This document shows positions 26,631 through 38,126 of a stretch of DNA of 64,000 bases, piece by piece; within the stretch, counting starts at the first letter, position 1; each line of letters begins with the position of its first letter. The notes below the pieces were generated by a model that saw only the letters and a program-made list of their open reading frames with translations, made no database searches and was not told the origin of the DNA. Origin of the DNA: Octopus vulgaris. Its lineage: Eukaryota. Location of the stretch: assembly GCA_951406725.2 (NCBI GenBank), contig OX597830.1:59210001-59274000 (forward strand). The letters run 5' to 3'. A program made the position numbers and the translations under genes.

Positions 26631-28709
26631 GGAGTTCGGGGTCGATTAAATAAGTACCAGTTACGCACTGGGGTCGATGTAATCGACTTAATCCGTTTGT
26701 CTGTCCTTGTTTGTCCCTTCTGTGTTTAGCCCCTTGTGGGTAGTAAAGAAATAGGTATTTCGTCTGACGTTACGTTCTGAGTTTAAATTCCTCCGAGGTC
26801 GACTTTGCCTTTCATCCTTTCAAGGTCAATTAAGTACCAGTTACGCACTGGAGTCGATGTAGTCGACTTAATCCCTTTGTCTATCCTTGTTTGTCCCATC
26901 TATGTGGACAATAAGGAAATAAATAGTGATTGTTGGTTCGTTACATGTTTGTTACTTTCACTGTTTGTATTTTGTATTGTTATGACACTGCTAAAGTGAA
27001 TTCTTTATCTATCATCGACAATATCAACCGTACTACGATATTGGGGGCGTAAGGATATAACAGGATTACAGGGACAACTAATTTTTGCCAGCCGACTGGA
27101 CTGGTGCACCATGAAATAAAGTGTTTTGCTCAAATAAAGTTCGATTACTGTTGGCAATCGAACTTAAGTCCTCACAATTGCAAACCGAATACCCTAACCA
27201 CTACACAACATTCCTGTTAATGCCCTCTGAACCAACTCCTTCATCCGGTTACAGTACGCCTCACAAGACAAAATAGCTTTGTTCAGCTTCCAATAGCCGG
27301 GTCCCTAGCTATGTACTCTGTCTATGATAACCCTACACGTCACTAATTTGTGATCCGTTTAGGGGACCAGAAAGAAATGTGGACACCTAAAACTAGACTT
27401 ATCTCTAGTCCTTACCACTCTCCTGTATAGATAAGACCTTCGCAACCCATCGCCATTTTGAAATTTCGTGTTCCAAAGGAATAAAGAAATTCTAGTTATT
27501 ATAATTTTCTTGTATGTTTTTCGCTTGGGCCTTATCTCAAGGTGTTCGGTTTGCTTCCGTTTTCTCATGCTAGTTCTACGGGACTCCATTACTTTCGGTG
27601 CTGGGACATTGAATAAATCAAAATATACCTCCATAGGAATTTCTCTCTGTTCTTCGGTATGTCTCTTCTTTAATTGATTTTTGTGTCTCGTGTGTTCCCA
27701 AAGTGGTCCTTTAATTAGATACATCAAATTCAAATGACCAACTTTGTCACAGGACCCACTGAATCCCTCTGAGAACTACATTGAGGGTACGCGTGTCTGT
27801 GGAGTACTCAGCCACTTGCACATTAATTTCACGATCAGGTTGTTCCGTTGATCAACTGGAACAGTCTGATCGTCGTAAACGGCAGAGAGCGAGGCTACTG
27901 GGATGCGAACCGGTACTTGATCAACCCCGGCTGGGTCAGCTTGGCAAGGGGGATCTGATGTTGAAGGAACCAAAACCCCTTAAAATCCTGGAAACATCAC
28001 TGATGATGCATTCAAGAGCTATAGGGAACTACATCTAGAACTTGTTGCAATTATTTCTATTCCCTTGTCGCTTACGTCCCATTCTGAAAGAATTCACTCC
28101 CTACCTAAATATTGCAACGCCACACCTTGGGACTAAAGCTTTGCAAGCACTGCCCCAGCATGACCGCAATCAGATGGGTGAAACAAAATAAAAGAATATA
28201 TATGGAGAGAGAGAGAGAGAGAAAGAAAGAGAGAGGAATAGGGAATGAGATATTCTTTCCAAATTTTGGTTCGGGGCCAGTAATTTTTGAGCTTGGGGGA
28301 AATTGATTATATGGACTCCAATGCTCAACCGGAACTTTTATTTTATCGCCCTCCAGAGTATAAAAGGGAAAGTCAACCTCGGCGGTATTTGAACTCAGAA
28401 CGTAGAGTAGGAAGAAATATTTCTCGGCGTGCAAATGACTCGGCCAGCTCACCGCGCTGCGGATGAGAATTGTGAGAGACGAGAGGCCAGTACAATATTA
28501 AACCCGTTGTTGAGAGAATCTGGAAAATATCTCGCGTTTACCGTTGATTTAAGGTTAACAGGTCAACGTTGTAATCAAAGCTTTCTCATTGTTTGTTATT
28601 CTACTATGAGGTGTGCGTGTGGTCGGAATAAGTAATGCACGCCTTTCGACCCATAAAAAACGCGTTGGAATAAAACATGAATAATGTACATACGTATGTA
28701 CGTGCATAC

Positions 28710-28770
<61 letters not shown>

Positions 28771-29139
28771 TCATACATACATTTGTGTAGGTGTGTGTGT
28801 GTACGCGCACCATTTTTTTTATTCTTTACTCTTTTTTATATTTATACATTTTACATACACGAAGATTCAAAGCATAGCTGTATGGTTCAAGTTCCCTTTG
28901 TAACCACGCGATTTCGCGTTCGATCCTACAATGTGACAGCTTGGACAAACGTCTATTATTGTAACTTCACGCTGACTGACCAAAGCTTTGTGAGTGAAAC
29001 TGTTTGATGGAAACTGTGCGAAAGCCCGTCGCATGTGTGACGCTCCAGCCTGGCCAGTCCAGGGAAACAAATAAAAGAACAAACAAGTATACATTTTCTT
29101 TTATTCTCATATTGACAAAATTTTTTTCTTTTTTTTGGA

Positions 29140-29520
29140 AGCACTCCGTCGGTTACGACGACGAGGGTTCCGGTTGATCCGAATCAACGGAACAGCCTGC
29201 TCGTGAAATTAACGTGTAAGTGGCTGAGCACTCCACAGACACGTGCACCCTTAACGTAGTTCTCGGGGATATTCAGCGTGACACAGAGTGTGACAAGGCC
29301 GGCCCCTTGAAATACAGGTACAACGGAAACAGGAAGTAAGAGTGAGAGAAAGTTGTGGTGAAAGAGTACAGCAGGGATCACCACCATCCCCTGCCGGAGC
29401 CTCGTGGAGCTTTAGGTGTTTTCGCTCAATAAACACTCACAACGCCCGGTCTGGGAATCGAAACCGCGATCCTATGACCGCGAGTCCGCTGCCCTAACCA
29501 CTGGGCCATTGCGCCTCCAC
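29140..29520 (-). mobile_element. SINE-C, near-intact
   Basis: Minus-strand head GGAGGCGCAATGGCCCAGTGGTTAGGGCAGCGGACTCGCGGTC..GGTTTCGATTCCCAG; CpGs intact; A-rich tail. Confidence 0.88.
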
Positions 29521-29704
29521 TTGACAAAATTAATGCTACGCGCACAAACATTAAGACACAACCACACATATTTGAGTGGTTGTGTATTTTTCTACGTATT
29601 TCGCCAAAATTTAAGTGTTAAGTGTTTTGATGACGAACACAACCCAACATGTCGTGGTTGAGGGTCTTTTGGAATTAAGAGAGGTTTTTTTTCTATTTTA
29701 TTAT

Positions 29705-30075
29705 TTTATTTCAGTCAGTTGAGTGCGGCCATGCTGGAGCACAGCCTTTTAGTCGAACAAATCGACTCTAAGACTTATTCTTTGTAAGCTAAGTACTTAT
29801 TCTATCGGTCTGTTTTGCCGAACAGCTAAGTTACGGGGACGTAAACACACCAACATCGGTTGTCAAGCGATGATGGGAAGGGGGGAACAAACAAACACAC
29901 ACACACATATATATATACGACGGGCTTCTTTCAGTTTCCGTCTACCAAATCCACTCACAAGGCTTTGGTCGGCCTGAGGCTATAGTAGAAGACACTTGCC
30001 CAAGGTATCACGTAGTAGGACTGAACCCGGAACCATGTGGTTGGTAAGCAAGATACTTGCCACACAGCCATGCAC
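29705..30075 (-). mobile_element. SINE-A
   Basis: Reverse complement of the family A consensus. Confidence 0.88.
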
Positions 30076-30117
30076 CTACATGTAAAAATTAGATTTTTTT
30101 TACACACACACACACAC

Positions 30118-30163
<46 letters not shown>

Positions 30164-30807
30164 CAAAATGACAATTTTTTTTTTTTTTTGGTAATTCATA
30201 TTTAAAAAGTTGACTCTCGGTTTGGCTGTTGTTTCTAGCTTGTCAGCTTTCTGGTTGGGGCGTACTTAAAATTTGAAGATTTAGAACCCCCCGCCAAACA
30301 CGTTTTCATTCTTTGTCCCTCTGGCAAAAGAAAAAAGGGGTGGGGGGATTTCACTTTCTGCCATAGGGTGGAGGGGAGGGGTTTTTTTGTTTTTTTTTTA
30401 AATTGAAATTTTACAAACAATTTTTTTCGAATCCTAATCTCCATATTTTTCTCCGTATTTCGCCAAAATATGCAGCAAAATCTGGAGATTGTGACGTGGC
30501 CTAACAACATCACCAAATGAAAATAGGTCGCTTCTTATAAACGGAGGAGGAGATGTTATATTTAGATTTGGCGTCGACACGAAATGCCGGAAGTTTCTCC
30601 CTCGTAAAGGTGGGAATTATTACTCGTTTTTTGTTTGTTTGTTTGAGGCAGTTGAGTGCGGCCGTGCTGGAGCACCGCCTTTAGTCGAACGAATCGACTC
30701 TAAGACTTATTCTTTGTCAGCCGAGTACTTGTTCTTTCGGTCTATTTTGCCGAACCGCTAAGTTACGGGGACGTAAACACACCAGCATCAGTAGTCAAGC
30801 GAATATC

Positions 30808-32483
30808 TTAGCGAACCGCTAAGTTATTCTATCGATCTTGTTTGGCGAACCGCTAAGTTATTCTATCGGATTTATTTGGCGAACCGCTATGTTATATCAA
30901 TCTCAATTGGCGAACCGCTAAGTTATTTTATCGGCCTCATTTGGCGAACGGCTAATTTATTCTATAGGGTCTCATTTGGCGAACGGCTAATTTATTCTAT
31001 CGATGTCATTTGGCGATCCGCTAAGTTATTCTATCGATCTCATTTGCCGAACCGGTAAGTTATATAGTTCTTATTTGTCGAACTGCTAAGTTATTCTATC
31101 AGGTTTCATTTGGATAACCGCTAAGTTACTCTATCGATATCGTTTGGCGAGCAGCTAAGTTATTCTATCGATCGCATTTGCCGAACCGGTAAGTTATATT
31201 GTTCTTATTTGGCGAACCGCTAAGTTATTCTATCGGGTTTCATTTGGATAACCGCTAAGTTACTCTATCGATATCGTTTGACGAACAGCTAAGTTATTCT
31301 ATCGATCGTATTGGCGACCCGCTAAGTTATTCTATCGATCTCATTTGCCGAACCGGTAAGTTATATTGTTCTTATTTGGCGAACCGCTAAGTTATTCTAT
31401 CGGGTTTCATTTGGATAACCGCTAAGTTACTCTATCGATCGTATTGGCGACCCGCTAAGTTATTATATCGATCTCGTTTGGCGAACCGTTATGTTATTAC
31501 ATCGGGTTTCATTTGGTGAACCGCTAAGTTATCATATCGATCTCGTTTGGCGAACCGCTACATTATTCTATCGATCACAATTGGCAGACCGCTAGGTTAT
31601 TCTGTCGATCTCGTTTGCCGAACCGGTAAGTTATATAGCTCTTATTTGTCGAACTGCTAAGTTATTCTATCAGGTTTCATTTGGATAACCGCTAAGTTAC
31701 TCTATCGATATCGTTTGGCGAACCGCTAAGTAATTATATCGAGGTTCATTTGGCGAAACGCTAAGTTATATCGGTTTCGTTTGGCGAACCGCAAAGTTAT
31801 TCTATCGGGTCTCATTTGGTGAACCATTGAGTTATTCTATCGATTCCATTTGGCGAACCGATAAGTTATTATATCAATTTCATTTGGCGAATCGTTTAGT
31901 TATATCGATCTCGTTTGGCGAACCGCTAAGTTATTCTATCGACATTATTTGGCGAACTGCTAGGTTATTCTGTCGGCCTCATTTGGCGAACAGCTTTTTC
32001 TGTCGATCTGTTTTGGCGAATCGCTAAGTTATTGTATCGGTCGCATTTGCCGAACCGCTAAGTTATTCTATCGATCTCATTTGGCGAACCGGTAAGTTAT
32101 TCTATCGAATTCATTTGGCGAATCGCTAAGTTATTCTGTTGATCTCATTTGGCAAACCGCTAAGTTGTTCTATCGATTATATTTGGCGAACCATTAAGTT
32201 ATTCTATAAATCTTATTTGGCGAACCGCTAAGTTATTCTATCGGTTTCATCGAACAAGTTTAGTGAACGGCTAAGTTATTATATCGATTTCATTTGGCGA
32301 ACCGCTAATTTTTCTATCGATCTTATTTGGTGAACCGCTAAGTTATTCTATCGGATTTCATTTGGCGAACCGCTAATTTTTTTTTTATCGGATTCATTTG
32401 GTGAACCGCTAAGTCATTCTATTGAACTCGTTTGGCGAACCACTAGGCTATTATATCGATCTCATTTGCTGAATCTCTAAGTT
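30808..32483. repeat. 34-bp minisatellite (~50 units) derived from an internal SINE-A segment, inside a SINE-A (30645-32700)
   Basis: Unit TTATTCTATCGATCTCATTTGGCGAACCGCTAAG versus SINE-A TTATTCTATCGGTCTCTTTTGCCGAACCGCTAAG. The SINE resumes with GTTACGGTGACGTAAACACACC at ~32481. Confidence 0.95.
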
Positions 32484-32533
32484 ACGGTGACGTAAACACA
32501 CCAGCATCGGTTGTCAGACGACGGTGAGGGGAT

Positions 32534-32575
<42 letters not shown>

Positions 32576-32789
32576 GATGGCCTTTTCTCAGTTTCCGTCT
32601 ACCAAATCCACTAACAAGGTTCTGTTCGACCCGAAGAAGACGCTTGCCCAAGATGCTACGCAGTGGGACTGAACTCGGAACCATGTGATCGTGGTAAGAA
32701 GCAGGCCGCGATGTTACTTCTGTGGCGATTCAGGTGACACCAGAGTCAATTGCTTGAAGGAAAGAAGGATAAGTGGGGGAAATGAGCCG

Positions 32790-32965
32790 CAGCAACCATT
32801 AACACCACTACAACAACAACAACAACAGGCACCATAAGAACAGCAGCAACAACACCAACAGAGAAAACTGGACACAACAGCATCCACAAAAACCACTGCA
32901 GCACCGGCAGCAGCTGCAGCTACAAGAACGACTGGAGTGGAAACAACAACGTCAAGCAGAATGCA

Positions 32966-32996
<31 letters not shown>

Positions 32997-33025
32997 AACA
33001 TAAACAGCAACAACAACGGCAGTAA
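32790..33025. repeat. Degenerate (CAA/CAG)n low-complexity tract
   Basis: Mixed CAA and CAG triplets. Confidence 0.8.
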
Positions 33026-33148
33026 CAGGGAACTCTCCACCAAAAATAATGACAATACCACTACGCCATATGCCCGTGGGCATATAGAGTAGTGGTTAAG
33101 AGCACGGGCTACTAACCCCAAGATTCCGAGTTCGATTCCAGGCAGTGA

Positions 33149-33197
<49 letters not shown>

Positions 33198-33198
<1 letters not shown>

Positions 33199-33750
33199 TG
33201 TCCTCATGCTGCACCAGGCAGTGGCTCTCATGGCTTCTGATCTTAACTGATTGCAAGTGTCATCGTGTACATTGTTTTGTCTTGGTATAAAAGATGGGCT
33301 ACAGCAAATATTCTGCTCAGAACCACAGATTTGCTTGTCAGTTGTTTGACCTTAACCAGTTGAGCATGTCCCTTAGTGGCTGACGATATGTGCATCTCTG
33401 ATCACGAGCAGAAGTAGTGGGGGAGCATCGTAGTCATGTGTTGAGAGGGATTCTTTGGGGTTTGGATAATTCACCTTTGGAAATATGGGTATTTCGTTCA
33501 ACATCCTTAAACAATCCTTATGCAGCGACCTTTTGGGCGGGATGGGCTACTCGACCAGAAAATTCTAACTGGGCCCCACCAGCAAGGTCATGTGCTGTTT
33601 ATCTTGATATGAGATCACCATGTCGTGCACATATGGTTGTGATGCATGTGCCTGGTGTACCCTTATCAGACGGGTAGTCATGATGGGTATACTGGACTTC
33701 GTATATTTTACCCCAGTGTCACTTTGATGGCATGCACTGCTCTCTCACTC
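33198..33750 (+). mobile_element. Insertion within (AAT)n, probably the 3' UTR of a microsatellite-targeting non-LTR element
   Basis: 553-bp non-coding segment bounded on both sides by pure (AAT)n (33153-33197 and 33751-33813). Confidence 0.5.
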
Positions 33751-33815
<65 letters not shown>

Positions 33816-33866
33816 TCACATCGAAAAATACCTTAGGAATGAGAACCCAGGTTCGAAATTTTACCA

Positions 33867-33914
33867 AGATACCTGAGGAAGGCTGGAGGGTATATCAGCC
33901 GAAACGTTGTGTTT
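33867..33914 (+). ncRNA. Minimal type-I hammerhead ribozyme motif (Penelope-like)
   Basis: AGAUAC-CUGAGGA-A-GGCUG(GAGGGUAUAU)CAGCC-GAA-ACGU-U-GUGUUU: CUGANGA/GAAA core, perfect 5-bp stem II, palindromic ACGU stem III and a 6-bp stem I with GU pairs. Confidence 0.7.
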
Positions 33915-34404
33915 ACAACAAACAAAATGAAGGCAAATATCCGTCAAATAAATAATGTGAATAATATACCATTAACAACGCCAACAGTAAAACAAATACC
34001 TGCCGAAGAAATACTCCTCCCCTATTCGGACAACGATGGAAATAAGGAGGGAGATGCATACAAACAGCCACACGAAAAAAAAAAAGGAAAAGGAAAAGAC
34101 AGAAAGAAACAGGCAGGTACGAGGAAATGGAGGAGGGAACGAACAACAACACACCATGCATAATCTCACCTACACACACACACACAGCTACTAATAACAT
34201 CATCCCCGCCACTACCAGCACAACCAGCACAAACCTAACATAACCTACATACACAACAGATGGACTGCGTTCCACTAAATGATCATCAACCAGACATTAT
34301 AAATCTCACGGTTATAAGCACAAAACATAACGAATTAACAGAACACAGCCACAAACACATGGATATTAATGAAGCCAATGACGTCACACCAACCACAAAT
34401 GTTT

Positions 34405-34822
34405 CTTATTTCTTTACTACTCACGAGGGGCTAAACCCAGAGAGGACAAACAAGGACAGACAATTGGATTAAGTCGATTATATCGACCCCAGTGCGTAAC
34501 TGGTACTTTATTTATCGACCCCGAAAGGATGAAAGGCAAAGCCGACCTTGGCGGAATTTGAACTCAGAACGTAGTGACAGATAAAATACCCATTTCTTTG
34601 CTACCTACAAGGGTCTAAACACAGAGAGGACAAACAAGGACAGACAATTGGATTAAGTCGATTATATCGACCCCAGTGCGTAACTGGTACTTTATTTATC
34701 GACCCCGAAAGGATGAAAGGCAAAGTCGACCTCGGTGGAATTTGAACTCAGAACGTAACGGCAGACGAAATACGGCTACGCATTTCGCCCGGCGCGCTAA
34801 CGACTCTGCCAGCTCGCCGCCT
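34405..34822 (-). mobile_element. SINE-B with a tandemly duplicated 3' part
   Basis: The block GACAAACAAGGACAGACAATTGGATTAAGTCG..GGAATTTGAACTCAGAACG occurs twice. Confidence 0.85.
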
Positions 34823-34904
34823 TCCACCAACCACAAATGTACCGGCACACAAAAAAATATTCAAAGCTACTCAAAGCGACTACAAAATTTTGAAATCTAG
34901 ATTA

Positions 34905-35290
34905 CAGTGATCCCTCGCTACTTCGCGGTTCAACTATCGCGGATTCACGACTTCGCGGATTTTCAACCAGGGACGTCCGGTGATTCACGACCTAAAAAAC
35001 GTCCTTTTTCTCCTAGCAAAGGTTGGTTTGTTAAGTTTCAGAAAGGTTTCGGCCTAAAAGGCGTTTCCCTGCATGGTGAGGCTGCTTCTGCGGACACAAG
35101 CGCTGCTGAAACATACGTGAATGAAACTTTCAAGATTATCTCCGAAGGTGGATACAGGCTCGAAAAGGTTTTTGATGTGGACGAGACGGGCTTGTTTTGG
35201 AAAAGAATGCCGTCGCAAACTTTCCTGTTTAAAGAAGAAGCAAAAGCCTCTGGCTTTAAAGCATACAAAGATCGTGTGACTCGAATGAAG
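34905..35290 (+). mobile_element. Tigger/pogo-family DNA transposon remnant (left TIR joined to a transposase fragment)
   Basis: TA|CAGTGATCCCTCGCTACTTCGCGG end. Protein FSPSKGWFVKFQKGFG..HGEAASAD..VFDVDETGLFWKRMPSQTF..GFKAYKDRVT covers the end of the CENP-B HTH and the first D of the DDE domain. Confidence 0.88.
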
Positions 35291-35376
35291 AAATAAGAGG
35301 ATTTTTTCCAAAATTCTTACGACATTCTTTTCTCAATATTCATTTCTGTACATCACACATCACACTTTATACATAC

Positions 35377-35428
<52 letters not shown>

Positions 35429-35429
35429 T

Positions 35430-35979
35430 CTAGCAGTATCACTCGGCGTTGCTCGGGTTTGGGATCTTTTCAAATTTGTGGCCAGGACCCCAGATCTTTC
35501 TAGTTAACTAAATAATTTGAAACTTTGTGTACTCATAGAGTGGAACTAGTTTATTCGCCAGTTGGAACTAGTTTATTTGAGAAAAATCTATTTTATGACT
35601 TTAATCGTAGATTAAAACTGCGAATTTTAACCAATGAGATTGCTTGTTTTCATATCTAAAACGTTACTGCGATCTGTTAGTGTGATGTTGAAAGCAGTTT
35701 TGTGACGTCTGCTATTTCTAAAAAGTTTTGTGTGTGGTAAAGTAATTTTTTTACTTTACCATATTTTTATAAATTATATCGGAGAATCCATATTTTTATA
35801 ACATATATCGGAGAATCCATGTGATTTTTCGTTGTTTTTCTCTTATACGTATGTGAATTATTTCTGAGTATGCATTGTCTGGGAGACTTTTTCTTGCAGT
35901 TGAGAAATTTTTGGCTGCTATTTCTAAAAAGCTCGGTGTGTGGTTAAGTAATTTTTTTACTTTACCATATTTTTATAAA

Positions 35980-36050
<71 letters not shown>

Positions 36051-37270
36051 CAACAATTGAGGGTAAAATTAATTAATTAATCAATTTCACCAAGTATTCA
36101 GTATGCAAAGGGACCATTTAAGGCGAATTCAAATTATTACATTATGTAAAAGGGCTTAGTAAAATAAATTACTTTGCCGCATACTGAACTCATTAGAAAT
36201 AGCAGCTAAAAAAACTTTTTCAAAAACTATTTCCAATACTTAAAGAAAACCTCTCTCATATATATATATAATTTTTTACTCGGTGTATGTGTATATGTAT
36301 GTCTGCATGTGTGTGTGTATGTATGTGTGTGTGTGTGTGTAAGTATGTGTAAAAAATTACATTGAATCGGCCATACATACATACATACATACACATACAC
36401 AGATACATACACACATACATTCAGGCATATACACATACACCGAGTAAAAAATTTCAATTATCTCTCTCTTTCACACATTACTCTCTCTGTCTCTTCACAC
36501 ACACTAACAGAAGCACTTCACTTACACAACATACTGTCTCCCACACCCCATCAAACACACACACACACACACACATGTACATCAATGCTTCCCCTAGACG
36601 GTAACTTCAAAGACAAACTTTTGTTATTAGAAGGTGGCTGACTATAGCTTGTTTACATTTAAGATGTTTAATACGTCACGAAATTGGTGGTCGAGACGGA
36701 GTAAATAAAATAAAGCCGAATGACGGAATATCATTGGTTAAAATTCTAATTATTAAACAACGTTAAACTTAGAAGTTACAATTCCGTTTTCATTCTGGTT
36801 TACAATTAAGTTTACTTTTGACACATTCTACCAGTATACGAAGTTTCAAATTGTTTGGTTCAGTAGGAAAAATTTGAAAAAACTGGCTTCAGAATAGAAA
36901 AGATCCCGGGTTTGTTTCGACCCTTTAGAATTGGAATTTTTGAAAAGTAAAAATTTTGCATTATGTAGCTTGTTATTCTCTTTAAGTGAACATTTTTCTG
37001 GTTGAAATACACCGAAAAATGGCGACACAGCAGTAAAAAAATCGTAAAAAATAGGGATTTTCATAGGAAAAAAAATGAACCTTTTTGATGTAAATAATTT
37101 TTGGTCTTAACATGGCCCGATTTGAATTTTATCTTCTACGGGATGAAGAGCAAGCCTTCTTCTGTCATAATATCAATTTTAGTCAACTTGCGCCGCAGGG
37201 TCTCGGAGGAAATAGTGTTTGTTGAAGGCTACCAAACCTGCCATACACACAGACAACTTCAGCTTTATAT
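35430..37270 (+). mobile_element. Probable Helentron/DINE-like non-autonomous element split by a GGATC-TIR insertion
   Basis: Starts CTAGCAGTATCACTCGGCGTTGCTCGGG (subterminal hairpin) after (TA)n, resumes at 36907 and ends ACAGACAACTTCAGCTTTATATAT. Confidence 0.5.
35462..36906. mobile_element. Larger member of the GGATCTTTTC-TIR family
   Basis: GGATCTTTTC..GAAAAGATCC with TSD CGGGTTTG (35454-35461 and 36907-36914). Shares subterminal ACACATTCTACCAGTATACGAAGTTT with 20633-21048. Confidence 0.82.
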
Positions 37271-37962
37271 ATATATATATATAGGGCGGGCTTCTTTCAG
37301 TTTCCGTCTACCACATTCACTCACAAGGCTTTGGTCGGCCCGAAGCTATAGTAGAAGACACTTGCCCAAAGTGCCACCACGCAGTGGGACTGAACCCAGA
37401 ACCATGCACTTGGAAAGCAAGCGTCTTACCACACAGCCACGGCTACGCCTTTAGATAACAACTTATCTTTTTCTTTTCTTTTTTCTCTCTCTTTACTCAT
37501 TTAAAGTAGAATATGTTTGAGTGAAGATGGTACGAAGCATTGAAACAAGTTTAGTAAATGGTTGAAAGATATTTCCTGGACAATTTTCTAGTTGAGTCAT
37601 GTTTTTGAGAAAGCATTCATGAGCATTATTATTAGCAGCCGACAGGGGAAGAAATGAAAACAACGAGAGGCTTACTGAAAACAGGCGTATTGAGAGAGAG
37701 AGAGAGGGGGGAGGGAGAGAGAGAGGGAGAGAGAGAGGCGGAGAGTAGACAAGTCAGAAAAGTATTATTCTCTCTCTTTTCTTGTCTGTCCACTTTCTGT
37801 TTCTGAGAACACATTCTTTGAGTAATCCGGAGCAAGACGACAGAGAACTAAATAGCAAAACAGCACAAACTAAAACAGCCTCTGAGTGTGGCTGAATGTG
37901 TGTGTGTGTGTGTGTAATTTAGATTTACGTATATGTGTGCGTATGAGTGCGTGTGTGTGTGC

Positions 37963-38000
<38 letters not shown>

Positions 38001-38004
<4 letters not shown>

Positions 38005-38126
38005 TGTCTTTTTCATCCATTTTGTTTTTTTTTTTATTTCTTGGGCGTGAGTGTATATATATATATATATATACACACACGCCTAAGAAATAAAAAAGAA
38101 ACAAAATGGATGAAAAAGACAAAACT
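38001..38126. repeat. Imperfect foldback palindrome centred on (TA)n
   Basis: TTTGTCTTTTTCATCCATTTTGTTT..ATTTCTTGGGCGTG pairs with CACGCCTAAGAAAT..AAACAAAATGGATGAAAAAGACAAA. Confidence 0.85.

Larger units (their letters stand above)
33078..33960 (+). mobile_element. tRNA-headed SINE-like element with a Penelope-type hammerhead tail, interrupted in its (AAT)n
   Basis: 73-nt tRNA-like head at 33078-33150 (A-box TAGAGTAGTGG, B-box GAGTTCGATTCC, loop GGG-CTACTAA-CCC), then (AAT)n, then a tail containing the hammerhead core. Confidence 0.6.

Noticed and set aside
27359-27733. 124-aa ORF
   Set aside because: Non-ATG start, no recognisable domain and no splice support.
30808-32483. CRISPR array
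   Set aside because: The variable parts are ~10-nt mutated versions of one another rather than unique spacers, the unit derives from the host SINE, there are no cas genes, and the context is eukaryotic.
33078-33150. Functional tRNA genes at SINE heads (also ~29450-29520 and 63734-63800)
   Set aside because: Acceptor and T stems pair poorly and the sequences continue into repeat bodies.
32714-33256. 180-aa hydrophobic membrane protein or poly-Q exon
   Set aside because: Antisense reading of CAA/CAG and AAT repeats plus a SINE head; the plus strand has stops and no splice support.
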